DNA from: a virus
Lineage: Duplodnaviria > Caudoviricetes
Reading direction: 5' to 3' (one strand)
Length of the DNA stretch: 64,000 bases
IMG/VR virus record: IMGVR_UViG_3300032312_001422
Span: 64,001 to 128,000 of that record
The notes under the pieces: generated by a model
The model's input: only the letters and a program-made list of their open reading frames with translations
Told to the model about the DNA's origin: nothing
Databases searched by the model: none
In this document: positions 46,654 to 56,054 of the stretch, piece by piece
Numbering within the stretch: position 1 is the stretch's first letter
Layout: every line of letters begins with the position of its first letter
Program-made: the position numbers and the translations under genes

Positions 46654-47319
46654 ATGAAGCAAAAATTCCCCACTTTAGAAACATTGGCCACTGCCATAGC
46701 CGCATTTACACACAATCAAGATCGTGTTGAACGTGATGCAATCACTACAGACGACGGTCGTACTATTGCCCCCAATCGTCAACTGATACGTGAGTATCTT
46801 GAAGGCAACCGTGCCAACTTACCGACAGTATCAGATCATGATCGAAAGCATGCTGAAGGCATTGTGCAATATCTACAACAGACCGGCATCATGCAGACCT
46901 TGTCCAGTCGTGACGATAAGTTTTTAGGACAAATAAACAATCTGCTGTCACAGCCATCCGTAACTGCCAAAGACTTTGGTTTGATGGCCTGGGCACCAAA
47001 ATTGGCCAGCGACTATCAAAAGAAAGATAACATTCGTGAAGTTAGTGCTCGTTTTGAATATGCCAGCCGTTACATCGGACAAGTAGGCGATAAAATTATC
47101 ACAGAGTTTACCCTGATTGACAGTAGATATATTAAGACCATGGACTGTTATGCTGTGTACGGACATGATGCACAAGGCAATTTAATATTTTATTGGGCTA
47201 GAGAACAAAAGAAAATAGTGCAGGCAGGACAAATACAAGGGCGTGTTAAAACGCACAAACGAGATGGATATCGTAGCAATGCCTGTGTTACAACATTAAA
47301 TTATGTAAAGGTCGTATGA
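46654..47319 (+). CDS. early hypothetical protein with OB-fold-like C-terminus
   Basis: YIGQVGDK...GRVKTH...TTLNYVK. Confidence 0.7.
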   Translation: MKQKFPTLETLATAIAAFTHNQDRVERDAITTDDGRTIAPNRQLIREYLEGNRANLPTVSDHDRKHAEGIVQYLQQTGIMQTLSSRDDKFLGQINNLLSQPSVTAKDFGLMAWAPKLASDYQKKDNIREVSARFEYASRYIGQVGDKIITEFTLIDSRYIKTMDCYAVYGHDAQGNLIFYWAREQKKIVQAGQIQGRVKTHKRDGYRSNACVTTLNYVKVV

Positions 47320-47909
47320 AAGAAAGTGTAATATTAGTTGATGCTGACGGTGTACTCCTTAACTGGGAATATGCGTTTGAAATTTGGATGGAACAACACG
47401 GCTTTGAAAAAATTGCCGGTGGTGACTTAGATTACGATATTGGCAAGCGTTATGGTATCAGTCGAGAGCAAACTGTGCGTCTAATCAAAATGTTTAACGA
47501 AAGTGCTGCTATCGGATTTTTGCCGCCCTTACGAGACGCCATGTACTATGTAGAAAAACTACACAAAGAACATGGATATGTGTTTCATTGTATTACCAGT
47601 GTCAGTACTGAGCCCAATGCTGTCAAACTTAGAGAAATGAACCTGCGTAAATTATTTGGTAAAACAGCTTTTCAGAAGATTGTGTGTCTGGATACTGGGG
47701 CCGATAAAGATAACGCACTATATCCGTACAGAGATACAGGATGCTGGTGGATTGAAGACAAAATTCAAAATGCCGAACTAGGTGCCAATCTCGGTCTTAA
47801 TAGTTTACTAATGGAACATGGTCATAATATGCATCACTATCATGACCATGTGCGTACAGTTAAAAACTGGGAAGAAGTTTACCGTATTGTAACTCAAACC
47901 TCCCTGTAA
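47316..47909 (+). CDS. HAD-family 5'(3')-deoxyribonucleotidase
   Basis: LVDADGVL, ITS, WIEDK. Confidence 0.85.
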   Translation: MKESVILVDADGVLLNWEYAFEIWMEQHGFEKIAGGDLDYDIGKRYGISREQTVRLIKMFNESAAIGFLPPLRDAMYYVEKLHKEHGYVFHCITSVSTEPNAVKLREMNLRKLFGKTAFQKIVCLDTGADKDNALYPYRDTGCWWIEDKIQNAELGANLGLNSLLMEHGHNMHHYHDHVRTVKNWEEVYRIVTQTSL

Positions 47910-48655
47910 ATTTTAAGTATTTCAAGAACAGCCGGGTGGCGTTGTATGTCTCGGTGATCAAACTCTATGCCAGAGACGTATTTACAACTGCGGTAGTCAT
48001 CTACTAACCGTTGGAAATTGAGAAGACCGTTATCGTCTTCCCGGCGATCCGCTTGTCGAGTGTCACCAGTTACAATCATTTTACTACCTTCGCCTAATCG
48101 TGTGAGTAACATTTTCATCTGACTTGGTGTCGCGTTTTGCATTTCGTCTGCAATAATCCACGAGTTTTTAAATGTTCTACCTCTCATGTATGCCAGTGGA
48201 GAAATCTCTATTTGGTTGTCATCTAGCATACGTGCAATTTCACTTTGGCGATAGTACTCGCCAATGATGTCAAATATGGGGCGGGTCCAAGGAGCCATTT
48301 TTTCATTTAGATCCCCGGGTAAAAATCCATGTTCTTCATCGTCGACCCCAACTGCGGGTCTAGTTACCACAATACGGTCTACTTCACCGGATCTGAATGC
48401 TTTTAGAGCAGCCAGTACGGCCAGCATGGTTTTACCCGTGCCAGCTGGTCCTGTAGCAAATACTATGAGCTTTTCAGGATCGGTTAATAAATCAATGTAT
48501 TTTTCTTGTATTAAACTTTTTGGGACTAACGTAATAGGACGATGTTGTTGTTTTTGGTACAAGTCCATTCTTACGGTGTTGTTGCCTTTGAAACTGCTGG
48601 TGTTGTGGTCATTTACTACTAGAGCCTCTGCTCTGCGTTGTTGCCTTTTGGACAA
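47894..48655 (-). CDS. phoH: PhoH-family ATPase
   Basis: GPAGTGKT, RPAV, GFLPG, YMRGRTF, ADEMQN, TGD. Confidence 0.95.
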   Translation of the reverse strand: MSKRQQRRAEALVVNDHNTSSFKGNNTVRMDLYQKQQHRPITLVPKSLIQEKYIDLLTDPEKLIVFATGPAGTGKTMLAVLAALKAFRSGEVDRIVVTRPAVGVDDEEHGFLPGDLNEKMAPWTRPIFDIIGEYYRQSEIARMLDDNQIEISPLAYMRGRTFKNSWIIADEMQNATPSQMKMLLTRLGEGSKMIVTGDTRQADRREDDNGLLNFQRLVDDYRSCKYVSGIEFDHRDIQRHPAVLEILKIYREV

Positions 48656-48826
48656 AGTTGCCTCCTTGAAGTGGTAGTGTCGTGCTGTCTACAAAGATAT
48701 TTAGGTGTGTACGCACAAAAGTTTAAACTGTATGTTTTTGAGCTGTAAAAATAGATAAGTATTAGACGACGCATTTTTCTGGTGCCGTTTTAACTTCCTT
48801 GCTGTTTTTTTACATAAGTAAACACA

Positions 48827-50089
48827 ATGCACAATCTCGTTGGTATTGATCAAAACCCCAAACTTGGCTTTTATCGAGTAGGCTCAGATACATTTTATTC
48901 TAAGCCGCAGGCTTACGCACGAGCTCACGAACTAGGAGTTAAAACAAGCTGGCATTTTAACACAGTAGAATTTGCCAAACAAGATTGGACACGCGAGCCT
49001 GAAACTAATTTGAGAGAAATTTATCGCTTGCGGGCCGAACAAATTAGACAAAAATATGATTATGTTAGATTAGATCTGTCTGGTGGCAGTGACTCGGCTA
49101 CGGTTTTATATGCTTTTGTGCTAAACAATATTCCGTTAGATGAAGTAGTATTTCGTTACCCCAAATCAGGCGAAAAGGGAGTGTGCAGTGATCCGCACGA
49201 CTATCGTCCTGAAAATACTCTAAGTGAATATGAATTTGCTGCTAAACCATTATTAAAATGGATAGCTACAAATTATCCAAAAATAAAAATAACTATGTTT
49301 GACTATAGTGAAAGTATGCTGGAGGAAACACTACAAGATGAGTCTTGGATATTTTCTACTAGAGATTGGTTTCAGCCCGGGCATTCAGCAAAGCACAATA
49401 TTTTTGCTGCAGAAGGACACAGAGCACAAGCCGACTCGGGTAAAAATATCTGCATATTACACGGAGTAGATAAACCCAAGGTAGTCACAATCAACAACAA
49501 CTGGTATACATATTTTGTAGATGTGTTTGCTAATCAGCCAAGTCCTATCATGGAGGATTATACCAATATCACTCATGAGTTATTTTTCTGGACTCCAGAT
49601 ATGCCCGAGTTATTAATCAAACAAAGCCATATGATCAAAGCCTGGTTTGACATGCCCGGGCATGATAGTTTTAGACACTTGGTAAAGTATCCGCAATGGA
49701 ATCCAAATCGTCGTACTGCATACGAAAGCATAGTAAAATCTATCATATATCCAGATTTTGACCCGCTGACTTGGCAAACCAGCAAAGCTACCAATAGTTT
49801 TTATAATGAAATGGACCATTGGTTTTATACCAATTACAAAGATACAACCATGCACCAAACTTGGTTGGCCGGACTTGAATACTTGACGGAACAAGTTGGA
49901 TTAGATCAAATGATGCATAAAAATGGAATGCCTGTGGGACTCAAATGGAATAAAAGTTTATTTTATCACTTGGGACCAAGTATTTCTCAAGCTCATAAAC
50001 CTGCATTTGTTAATCAAGGGCACATGACAAACTCATCAGAAGAAATTACTCTCTGGCAAGACAGAAAAATTCAACACATTGTAATATAA
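48827..50089 (+). CDS. PP-loop (adenine nucleotide alpha-hydrolase-like) protein
   Basis: LDLSGGSDS motif; HGVDKP. Confidence 0.65.
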   Translation: MHNLVGIDQNPKLGFYRVGSDTFYSKPQAYARAHELGVKTSWHFNTVEFAKQDWTREPETNLREIYRLRAEQIRQKYDYVRLDLSGGSDSATVLYAFVLNNIPLDEVVFRYPKSGEKGVCSDPHDYRPENTLSEYEFAAKPLLKWIATNYPKIKITMFDYSESMLEETLQDESWIFSTRDWFQPGHSAKHNIFAAEGHRAQADSGKNICILHGVDKPKVVTINNNWYTYFVDVFANQPSPIMEDYTNITHELFFWTPDMPELLIKQSHMIKAWFDMPGHDSFRHLVKYPQWNPNRRTAYESIVKSIIYPDFDPLTWQTSKATNSFYNEMDHWFYTNYKDTTMHQTWLAGLEYLTEQVGLDQMMHKNGMPVGLKWNKSLFYHLGPSISQAHKPAFVNQGHMTNSSEEITLWQDRKIQHIVI

Positions 50090-50154
50090 TATACCCAGAT
50101 AACGAGTATACTGTATTATGGTTCAACCTCATAGTTTCGATAAATAATTAAACT

Positions 50155-50679
50155 ATGCCAGCAAATATTAGAGAACTACTAGACAACACCAAAGAAATTT
50201 TTGTAACAGATTCTGCTGTTAGCACTCTGCTTGACTTTGAACGAGTGCTTGATGAGTTGGATCTGTATGCTTTTGCCAATTGGAAACAGGGTGAATTGGT
50301 AGAAGGTCCTACCTATCAAAAATACTTTGTGACCTGCACATTTATGTGGCCCTACAAAAAAATGCCTGACCCCAAAGGCGCTGCACGACTAGCCGAATAC
50401 GAATGTGACGTAAGTTACAAAAAAGATTTTTTTGAGCACCCAGACAAGGTCAAAACTCCCAACGATTTTAAACCTGGTACACGAGTGCCCAAAATGAAAC
50501 GCAGCCCTATATGGCTGGTTGAAATTGTCATGCCCAAAAAGCTCATGAGCGATATACAACAAGGCGCCCTGGAACTAGAATCGGGCACAATCGACATGGA
50601 AGACATTGATGCGGCATACGAAACTGGTGCCGACAACGATACCGTAGATCAACAGGATAAGATCAATGATCAACAATAA
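50155..50679 (+). CDS. conserved hypothetical late protein
   Basis: LLDFERVLDELDLYAFANW...WPYKKMPDPKG; TAAATA at 50141. Confidence 0.8.
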   Translation: MPANIRELLDNTKEIFVTDSAVSTLLDFERVLDELDLYAFANWKQGELVEGPTYQKYFVTCTFMWPYKKMPDPKGAARLAEYECDVSYKKDFFEHPDKVKTPNDFKPGTRVPKMKRSPIWLVEIVMPKKLMSDIQQGALELESGTIDMEDIDAAYETGADNDTVDQQDKINDQQ

Positions 50680-51220
50680 CTTATTTGAAGGTCTAGAAGC
50701 CAACGATCTGGCTCGACTAATTCACCCTGAACTGCACGTAGACGAATTCAAAAGCAAACTTGGCGACGATGCTGACATTGTTGTATTGAGTTTTAAAGTT
50801 GACTCAAAAGAGCCAGCCAATGATCTAGTAGCCTTTATTGAAAAAGGATACGATTGGGTAGTTGATGCTGATGTCAGCTCAGGCGAAATGGACGACGGCA
50901 GTTACATTGTGTTTGTTGAAATGGATCGCAATGAGCAACTGGCTGACAATGTCATGGCCCTGATGGACGACTTAATGAACTTGACTGACCAAGAGACAGA
51001 CGAATGGCGTGTACGCTATTACAAGAGTCATAAAGAAACACAACTGAGTTTAGAATCACTACAAAACTTGATTCCCAGCACACCTGAAAAATACGAATCA
51101 CTATACGGTCAAGAAATAATTGATCAATTGAAAACAGCCGCTGGTCTCAATGTTGATACCCGTGCGCCAAAGAATGATTTCACAGAAAGTCTGAGAAATT
51201 TAGCCGGCATCATTAGATAA
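50666..51220 (+). CDS. conserved hypothetical acidic protein
   Basis: DEFKSKLGDD...DADVSSGE. Confidence 0.8.
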   Translation: MINNNLFEGLEANDLARLIHPELHVDEFKSKLGDDADIVVLSFKVDSKEPANDLVAFIEKGYDWVVDADVSSGEMDDGSYIVFVEMDRNEQLADNVMALMDDLMNLTDQETDEWRVRYYKSHKETQLSLESLQNLIPSTPEKYESLYGQEIIDQLKTAAGLNVDTRAPKNDFTESLRNLAGIIR

Positions 51221-51234
51221 CAAGGAGAACAAAC

Positions 51235-51351
51235 ATGTTAGATACATTATTATGGATAGCAGTAGGAGCATTTGTAGGTTGGAATTTTCCACAGCCTTTC
51301 TGGGCCAAAGCAATTCAAGCCAAAATGTTAGGAATGTTCAGCAAAAAATAA
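51235..51351 (+). CDS. 38-aa membrane peptide preceding the endolysin, not in ORF track
   Basis: AAGGAG RBS; MLDTLLWIAVGAFVGWNFPQPFWAKAIQAKMLGMFSKK*. Confidence 0.75.
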   Translation: MLDTLLWIAVGAFVGWNFPQPFWAKAIQAKMLGMFSKK

Positions 51352-51364
51352 AAGGTTATAAACT

Positions 51365-51991
51365 ATGTCTTTCAAATTTGATTTTACTCAACAACATCTA
51401 TCACAACTATTACCAGGTAACCCACATGTGGAACACTGGTACGAAGCGTTATCTCAACTGTTACCTGACTATGAAATTGACACTCCACAGCGAGTGGCAG
51501 CATTTATTGCTCAGTGTGCTCACGAGTCAGGTGGTTTTAGAATGCTTAAAGAAAATTTAAATTATCGTGCTGTGACCCTACGCAAGATATTTCCCAAGTA
51601 TTTCCCCACAGACGAACTGGCTGCCCAGTATGCTGGCAAACCAGAACTGATTGCCAACAAGGTCTATGGTAGCCGTATGGGCAATGGCGACGAAGCTAGT
51701 GGAGATGGATTCCGTTACTGCGGCCGCGGTCTTATTCAATTGACTGGCAAGAACAACTACACAGCCTTTGCTGAAAGTATTGAAACACCAGTGGAAGAAA
51801 TTCCTGAATTTTTAGGCACCTTTGAAGGCGCTGTACAATCAGCATGCTGGTTCTGGGAGAGCAACAATCTCAACCAGTGGGCCGACAAGGGCGATATCCT
51901 TACACTAACCAAACGCATCAACGGTGGCACCATTGGCCTAGATGATCGTATCAAACACTACGAACATGCCCTGCATGTGTTAGAAGTATAG
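51365..51991 (+). CDS. GH19 chitinase-like endolysin
   Basis: AAFIAQCAHES, GRGLIQLTGKNNY, TKRINGG. Confidence 0.92.
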   Translation: MSFKFDFTQQHLSQLLPGNPHVEHWYEALSQLLPDYEIDTPQRVAAFIAQCAHESGGFRMLKENLNYRAVTLRKIFPKYFPTDELAAQYAGKPELIANKVYGSRMGNGDEASGDGFRYCGRGLIQLTGKNNYTAFAESIETPVEEIPEFLGTFEGAVQSACWFWESNNLNQWADKGDILTLTKRINGGTIGLDDRIKHYEHALHVLEV

Positions 51992-51992
51992 C

Positions 51993-52457
51993 ATGTGGCA
52001 ATTTGCTGCAATGTGGGCAATGTTGCCAGCAGGACTAACTCACTGGATCGTTAATCTAATGTTGTTGGCAGGTGCAGTTGGCCTAGCCGCCAGTTGGGTC
52101 GGCCGTTGGATTCCATTTTTTGATGCTTATGCTAGATTATTAAAACCAATTGGTATTGTGTTGTTGCTCGTCGGTGTTTATTTTAAAGGTGGAGAGGCCA
52201 CCAACAATGCATGGCGTGATCGAATTGCTGACCTAGAAGCAAAAATTGCTGTGTCTGAAGCCAAGAGCAAAGATGCCAACGCCAAGTTATCCACAGCAGT
52301 TAAAGAAAAAAATGCGGCCATACAAGAAAGCAAGGCTGTGGTGCAAACCAAGCTAAAGCAGAACGCAGTCAAGATTGATGCTGAATGTCAATTGGATCCC
52401 GCAGCAGTTGAAATCTTAAACGAGTCAGCACGTGATGTTCGAAAGGTCAATAAATGA
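51993..52457 (+). CDS. i-spanin (Rz-like)
   Basis: N-terminal TMs plus coiled coil; follows the endolysin. Confidence 0.7.
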   Translation: MWQFAAMWAMLPAGLTHWIVNLMLLAGAVGLAASWVGRWIPFFDAYARLLKPIGIVLLLVGVYFKGGEATNNAWRDRIADLEAKIAVSEAKSKDANAKLSTAVKEKNAAIQESKAVVQTKLKQNAVKIDAECQLDPAAVEILNESARDVRKVNK

Positions 52458-52720
52458 AACTGTTGTTGACCATTATTCCCGTTGTGTTATTGACAGGTTG
52501 TTTGAATACTCCTGTTGCTAGACACTTTCCCGAAGTTCCCAAAGAATTAACAACAGCTTGTCCTAGCTTAGAACAAGTTGATCCTGCTACAACAAAACTA
52601 AGCGAAGTTGTTCGTGTAGTTACAGACAACTACACACAATATCATGAATGCCGAGTCAAGATAGATGCTTGGATTGAGTGGTATCAAACTCAACGAGCAA
52701 TTTTTGATTCAGTGAAATAA
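52454..52720 (+). CDS. o-spanin (Rz1-like) lipoprotein
   Basis: Lipobox LLTG-C; Pro-rich; CP and NY..YHEC motifs. Confidence 0.75.
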   Translation: MKLLLTIIPVVLLTGCLNTPVARHFPEVPKELTTACPSLEQVDPATTKLSEVVRVVTDNYTQYHECRVKIDAWIEWYQTQRAIFDSVK

Positions 52721-52729
52721 GGAAACAAT

Positions 52730-53707
52730 ATGCCCATATTTGTATGGAACGGCCAAGAACTTACTGACAAATGGAATTGGGTTGAAGTCGACGGAAAACT
52801 TATAACGGCCCCTGTAAATGATTATAGAGGAACAATATTAGAGGAAGAAATTGTGAATCAAGAAACTATATTAAACTATTACGAAACACTGAGCATTACA
52901 GATCGTGCGGGATTGATCACAGCACTAAGAGCAGAAGAAATAGCTGTCCTGGCACGTGAACGAGCAGAACGTAAAGCACGTAGTCTAGCACTAGGTGTAC
53001 ACACTGGCAAGACCATAGAAGAATATAGCACTAGTGCTTGGCAGATCAAAGAAGACTATCCAGATTCAGAAGATGGCTTGTATTGGATACAGAATGATGC
53101 TATTAACAACAGCGATCCGTTTCAAGTCTATTGTGACATGACCACACTAGGTGGTGGTTGGACATTGATTGTACAAAATTCTATTAGTAACTGGACAGAA
53201 GAACAAGTGTTTAGTCGCAACGCTACCACTTGCCCTACTCAACTGGCCGCATACAACAATCGTTCAGTTGAACAAAACTACAGTATCTTAAGTTGGGCTG
53301 ACAAGATCAAACGAGCAGACTCAGGATTTGATTTTATGATCACTGCTCGTGAACACGCTTCACTAGGTGGTGCATGGACTGCCAACGAAGCATACTCATT
53401 TACTCAAACTAACGAAAGTGCTGACATGGGTGATGAGCAGTTGGGCACACCAGGCTGGCGCAAAAACATTACAGAACTAGCACGTTTTGGCTACAATGGC
53501 AACACGTGGGATTATCATTACGATGCCATGGAAGCACGTATGCCTTGGGTGGGTATTGGTATCAATCATGGTTGGTTGACCACAGATGGATTCCGTGGCG
53601 GTTGGTGGGGAACATTGATCACTCAAGGCGGTTGGGAACCAGCACCGTGGTTGGCCACAATACAAGATGGTGGTCATCCAGGTGTTATTTGGTATTGGGT
53701 AAGATAA
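52730..53707 (+). CDS. fibrinogen-related (intelectin-like) domain protein
   Basis: DGLYWI...FQVYCDMTTLGGGWTLI. Confidence 0.8.
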   Translation: MPIFVWNGQELTDKWNWVEVDGKLITAPVNDYRGTILEEEIVNQETILNYYETLSITDRAGLITALRAEEIAVLARERAERKARSLALGVHTGKTIEEYSTSAWQIKEDYPDSEDGLYWIQNDAINNSDPFQVYCDMTTLGGGWTLIVQNSISNWTEEQVFSRNATTCPTQLAAYNNRSVEQNYSILSWADKIKRADSGFDFMITAREHASLGGAWTANEAYSFTQTNESADMGDEQLGTPGWRKNITELARFGYNGNTWDYHYDAMEARMPWVGIGINHGWLTTDGFRGGWWGTLITQGGWEPAPWLATIQDGGHPGVIWYWVR

Positions 53708-53716
53708 GGGGAAATT

Positions 53717-54118
53717 ATGAAACGTATACTCATTGCTTTAAGTGTATTAGCATTAAACGGTTGTGCGTTGTACGACGCTTACATGATGACTGGATTTGAT
53801 CCCAATGAATATCGTATTATTGCTGAGATTCGTACAGACTCTTACAACTACAAGCAACAATGCAATAATCAACTGATGTCGGAAACCAACGCTGTTTTGA
53901 TTGCAGACAAAACTCAACTGTTTGAATTTTACGAAGAACAGATACCTCGCAATAAGAACGGCATCAATGCCAGTAAAGAACTAAACAAAATAGCACAAGG
54001 ACTTCGAGTTGCATATACAAAAGGCTCAGTAAGTCCTATGTTTTGTAAATTGAAATTTGAAAGCATTGAAAATAGTGCCAAAACAATACAACATGTGATA
54101 GGGAATAGACCAAGATGA
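53717..54118 (+). CDS. lipoprotein
   Basis: MKRILIALSVLALNG-C lipobox. Confidence 0.75.
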   Translation: MKRILIALSVLALNGCALYDAYMMTGFDPNEYRIIAEIRTDSYNYKQQCNNQLMSETNAVLIADKTQLFEFYEEQIPRNKNGINASKELNKIAQGLRVAYTKGSVSPMFCKLKFESIENSAKTIQHVIGNRPR

Positions 54119-54372
54119 CATTAGATAATATACAAACAAATTTGGCAGAAATTGTCAACTCAGGAGATCCAGTATTTGCTGAATTTGCCAACAACATCAA
54201 TAGCGTTGTTGAGCAGGCCAAAGCTGGTCAAATGACCAACGAAGAAGTGGCAGAAATCATGGCTGATGCACAACGTCAATTGGCTATATTACAAGACATG
54301 ACGGATCTTGCATTTAAGGAAAAACTAAATGTGCTGATTACTGGGCTGATAACAATAGCACGGACAGTATAA
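54115..54372 (+). CDS. small helical hypothetical protein
   Basis: ATGA-coupled to the lipoprotein. Confidence 0.7.
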   Translation: MTLDNIQTNLAEIVNSGDPVFAEFANNINSVVEQAKAGQMTNEEVAEIMADAQRQLAILQDMTDLAFKEKLNVLITGLITIARTV

Positions 54373-54412
54373 ATATTATAATAAGAACACAAATGTTCAA
54401 CAAGGAGCTAGT

Positions 54413-54871
54413 ATGTCAACAGAAGTCAAAAGCGAAAGTGCAAAGAAAAACGAAGATTGGATGAATTCAAAGTGGCGCCCAATGATGGGCTGGTCGTACA
54501 TGTTGACCTGTATAGCAGACTTTGTAGCATTTCCAATATTATGGAGCCTGGTACAAGTAATTGGCGGTGGCCGTGTTGAAACACAGTGGCAACCAATCAC
54601 TTTACAAGGCGCTGGATTGTATCACATTGCCATGGGTGCTGTGTTGGGTATTGCTGCGTACGGTCGCACACAAGAGAAATTGGGCGACAAGGCGGGTGCA
54701 ACAATGCCAGTACCAAGTACACCGGCACCAAGTTTTAGTAGCCCAAGTCCAGCACCAACACCAAGTTTTAGTAGCCCAAGTCCAACACCAAGTTTTGGTA
54801 GCAGCGGTAGTTTTAGTACCACAGCAAGTGGTAAAAAAATTGTACCGCAAGACGATCAACCTATGCTATAA
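54413..54871 (+). CDS. holin (3-TM, GTA-holin-like)
   Basis: WRPMMGWSY...GAVLGIAAYGRTQEK; TATAAATA at 54368; Pro/Ser tail. Confidence 0.75.
   Translation: MSTEVKSESAKKNEDWMNSKWRPMMGWSYMLTCIADFVAFPILWSLVQVIGGGRVETQWQPITLQGAGLYHIAMGAVLGIAAYGRTQEKLGDKAGATMPVPSTPAPSFSSPSPAPTPSFSSPSPTPSFGSSGSFSTTASGKKIVPQDDQPML
54726..54802 (+). repeat. coding tandem repeat in the holin tail
   Basis: CACCAAGTTTTAGTAGCCCAAGTCCA twice plus a partial third copy (PSFSSPSP). Confidence 0.8.
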
Positions 54872-54892
54872 TCATTCAATAAAGGAAATCAA

Positions 54893-55150
54893 ATGAAAAA
54901 ACTATTATGTATTCTAATTGCAACAGCCTTTGCTATGCCAGCAATGGCGGAAGCTCCAAAAACCAAAGAAGTTTGCACAGATGTGGTAGGCAAAGACAAC
55001 AAACCTGTCAAAAACAAAGATGGTTCTGTCAAGCAATCTTGCAAAACAATCAAAGTACACAAAAAAGCTGAAGGAACCAAAATTCCTGACGCACCAGCTG
55101 ATAAAAAACAGGCTAAAAAAGTAGAAAAAAAAGAAACAACTAACAAATAA
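54893..55150 (+). CDS. secreted Lys-rich small protein
   Basis: Signal peptide (AFAMPAMA); two Cys. Confidence 0.75.
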   Translation: MKKLLCILIATAFAMPAMAEAPKTKEVCTDVVGKDNKPVKNKDGSVKQSCKTIKVHKKAEGTKIPDAPADKKQAKKVEKKETTNK

Positions 55151-55177
55151 TTTTTTATTATTTCGAAGGCCGGTAAG

Positions 55178-55206
55178 TTGACTCTGCCGGCTTTTTCATT
55201 TATAAT
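55178..55206 (+). promoter_or_regulatory. sigma70 promoter overlapping a terminator-like hairpin
   Basis: TTGACT-17bp-TATAAT, with a GCCGG...GCCGGC hairpin and T-run spanning the -35 box. Confidence 0.75.
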
Positions 55207-55212
55207 ACTACA

Positions 55213-56046
55213 ATGACCTATTACGAACTACTAGGGGTTACCGAAAAAGCCACCGCAGAAGAAATCAAACGTGCTTACCGCAAGATGGCCAGTCAACACC
55301 ATCCCGACAAAGGTGGAGATAAAAACAAGTTCCAAGAAATAGAACAAGCATATCGTACACTGAGCGACAACAATCAACGTCAACAATATGATATGCAACG
55401 CAGTGGCAATGGTGCTAATCAGTGGCACTTTTCTTCTGCCGGTATGAACCATCCGGACATTGATGCCATATTCAAACAGTTTGGATTTGGTGATCCGTTT
55501 GGTGGATTTAGGCAACAGCAACGTCGCAACCGAGATCTGCGTATAGAAATTCCTGTGCCATTGGTTGCCACATTGGAACCACAAACCAAGACCATCAGTG
55601 TTGCCACATCCAATGGTGAAAGAAGCACAGTAGAAGTAAACATACCAAGAGGTGTAACCAACGGCACCACGATCAAATACACCGGGCTGGGAGATAACCT
55701 ATTTAATACCATTCCGCGTGGCGACCTTTATGTCCAATTTAACGTACACCCAGCAGAAAACTTTATTGTCAATAATGTTGACTTATACACCCCAGTTAGT
55801 GTAAACTGTTTGCTAGCAATAACAGGCGGACAGGTACGAGTAACCGGATTAGATGGTCGAGAATTTGAATTAACTGTACCAGCTGGTACACAACCAAACA
55901 CAAGATTTAGAATACACAATCAAGGCCTATACCAAATGAATACCGAACTAAGAGGTCACCTTTATGCCGAAGTTGTAATAACTGTGCCGCAAGATTTATC
56001 TGAACAACAGCTAGAAATTATACGCAATTTACTCAACCCTCAATAA
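55213..56046 (+). CDS. dnaJ: DnaJ/CbpA-like co-chaperone (no Zn finger)
   Basis: J-domain HPDKGG, G/F-rich linker, GDLYV C-terminal domain. Confidence 0.9.
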   Translation: MTYYELLGVTEKATAEEIKRAYRKMASQHHPDKGGDKNKFQEIEQAYRTLSDNNQRQQYDMQRSGNGANQWHFSSAGMNHPDIDAIFKQFGFGDPFGGFRQQQRRNRDLRIEIPVPLVATLEPQTKTISVATSNGERSTVEVNIPRGVTNGTTIKYTGLGDNLFNTIPRGDLYVQFNVHPAENFIVNNVDLYTPVSVNCLLAITGGQVRVTGLDGREFELTVPAGTQPNTRFRIHNQGLYQMNTELRGHLYAEVVITVPQDLSEQQLEIIRNLLNPQ

Positions 56047-56054
56047 ATATTTTT

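Noticed and set aside
54726-54802. CRISPR-like repeats (also 63641-63686)
   Set aside because: Short in-frame coding repeats without unique 26-40-nt spacers; no cas genes.
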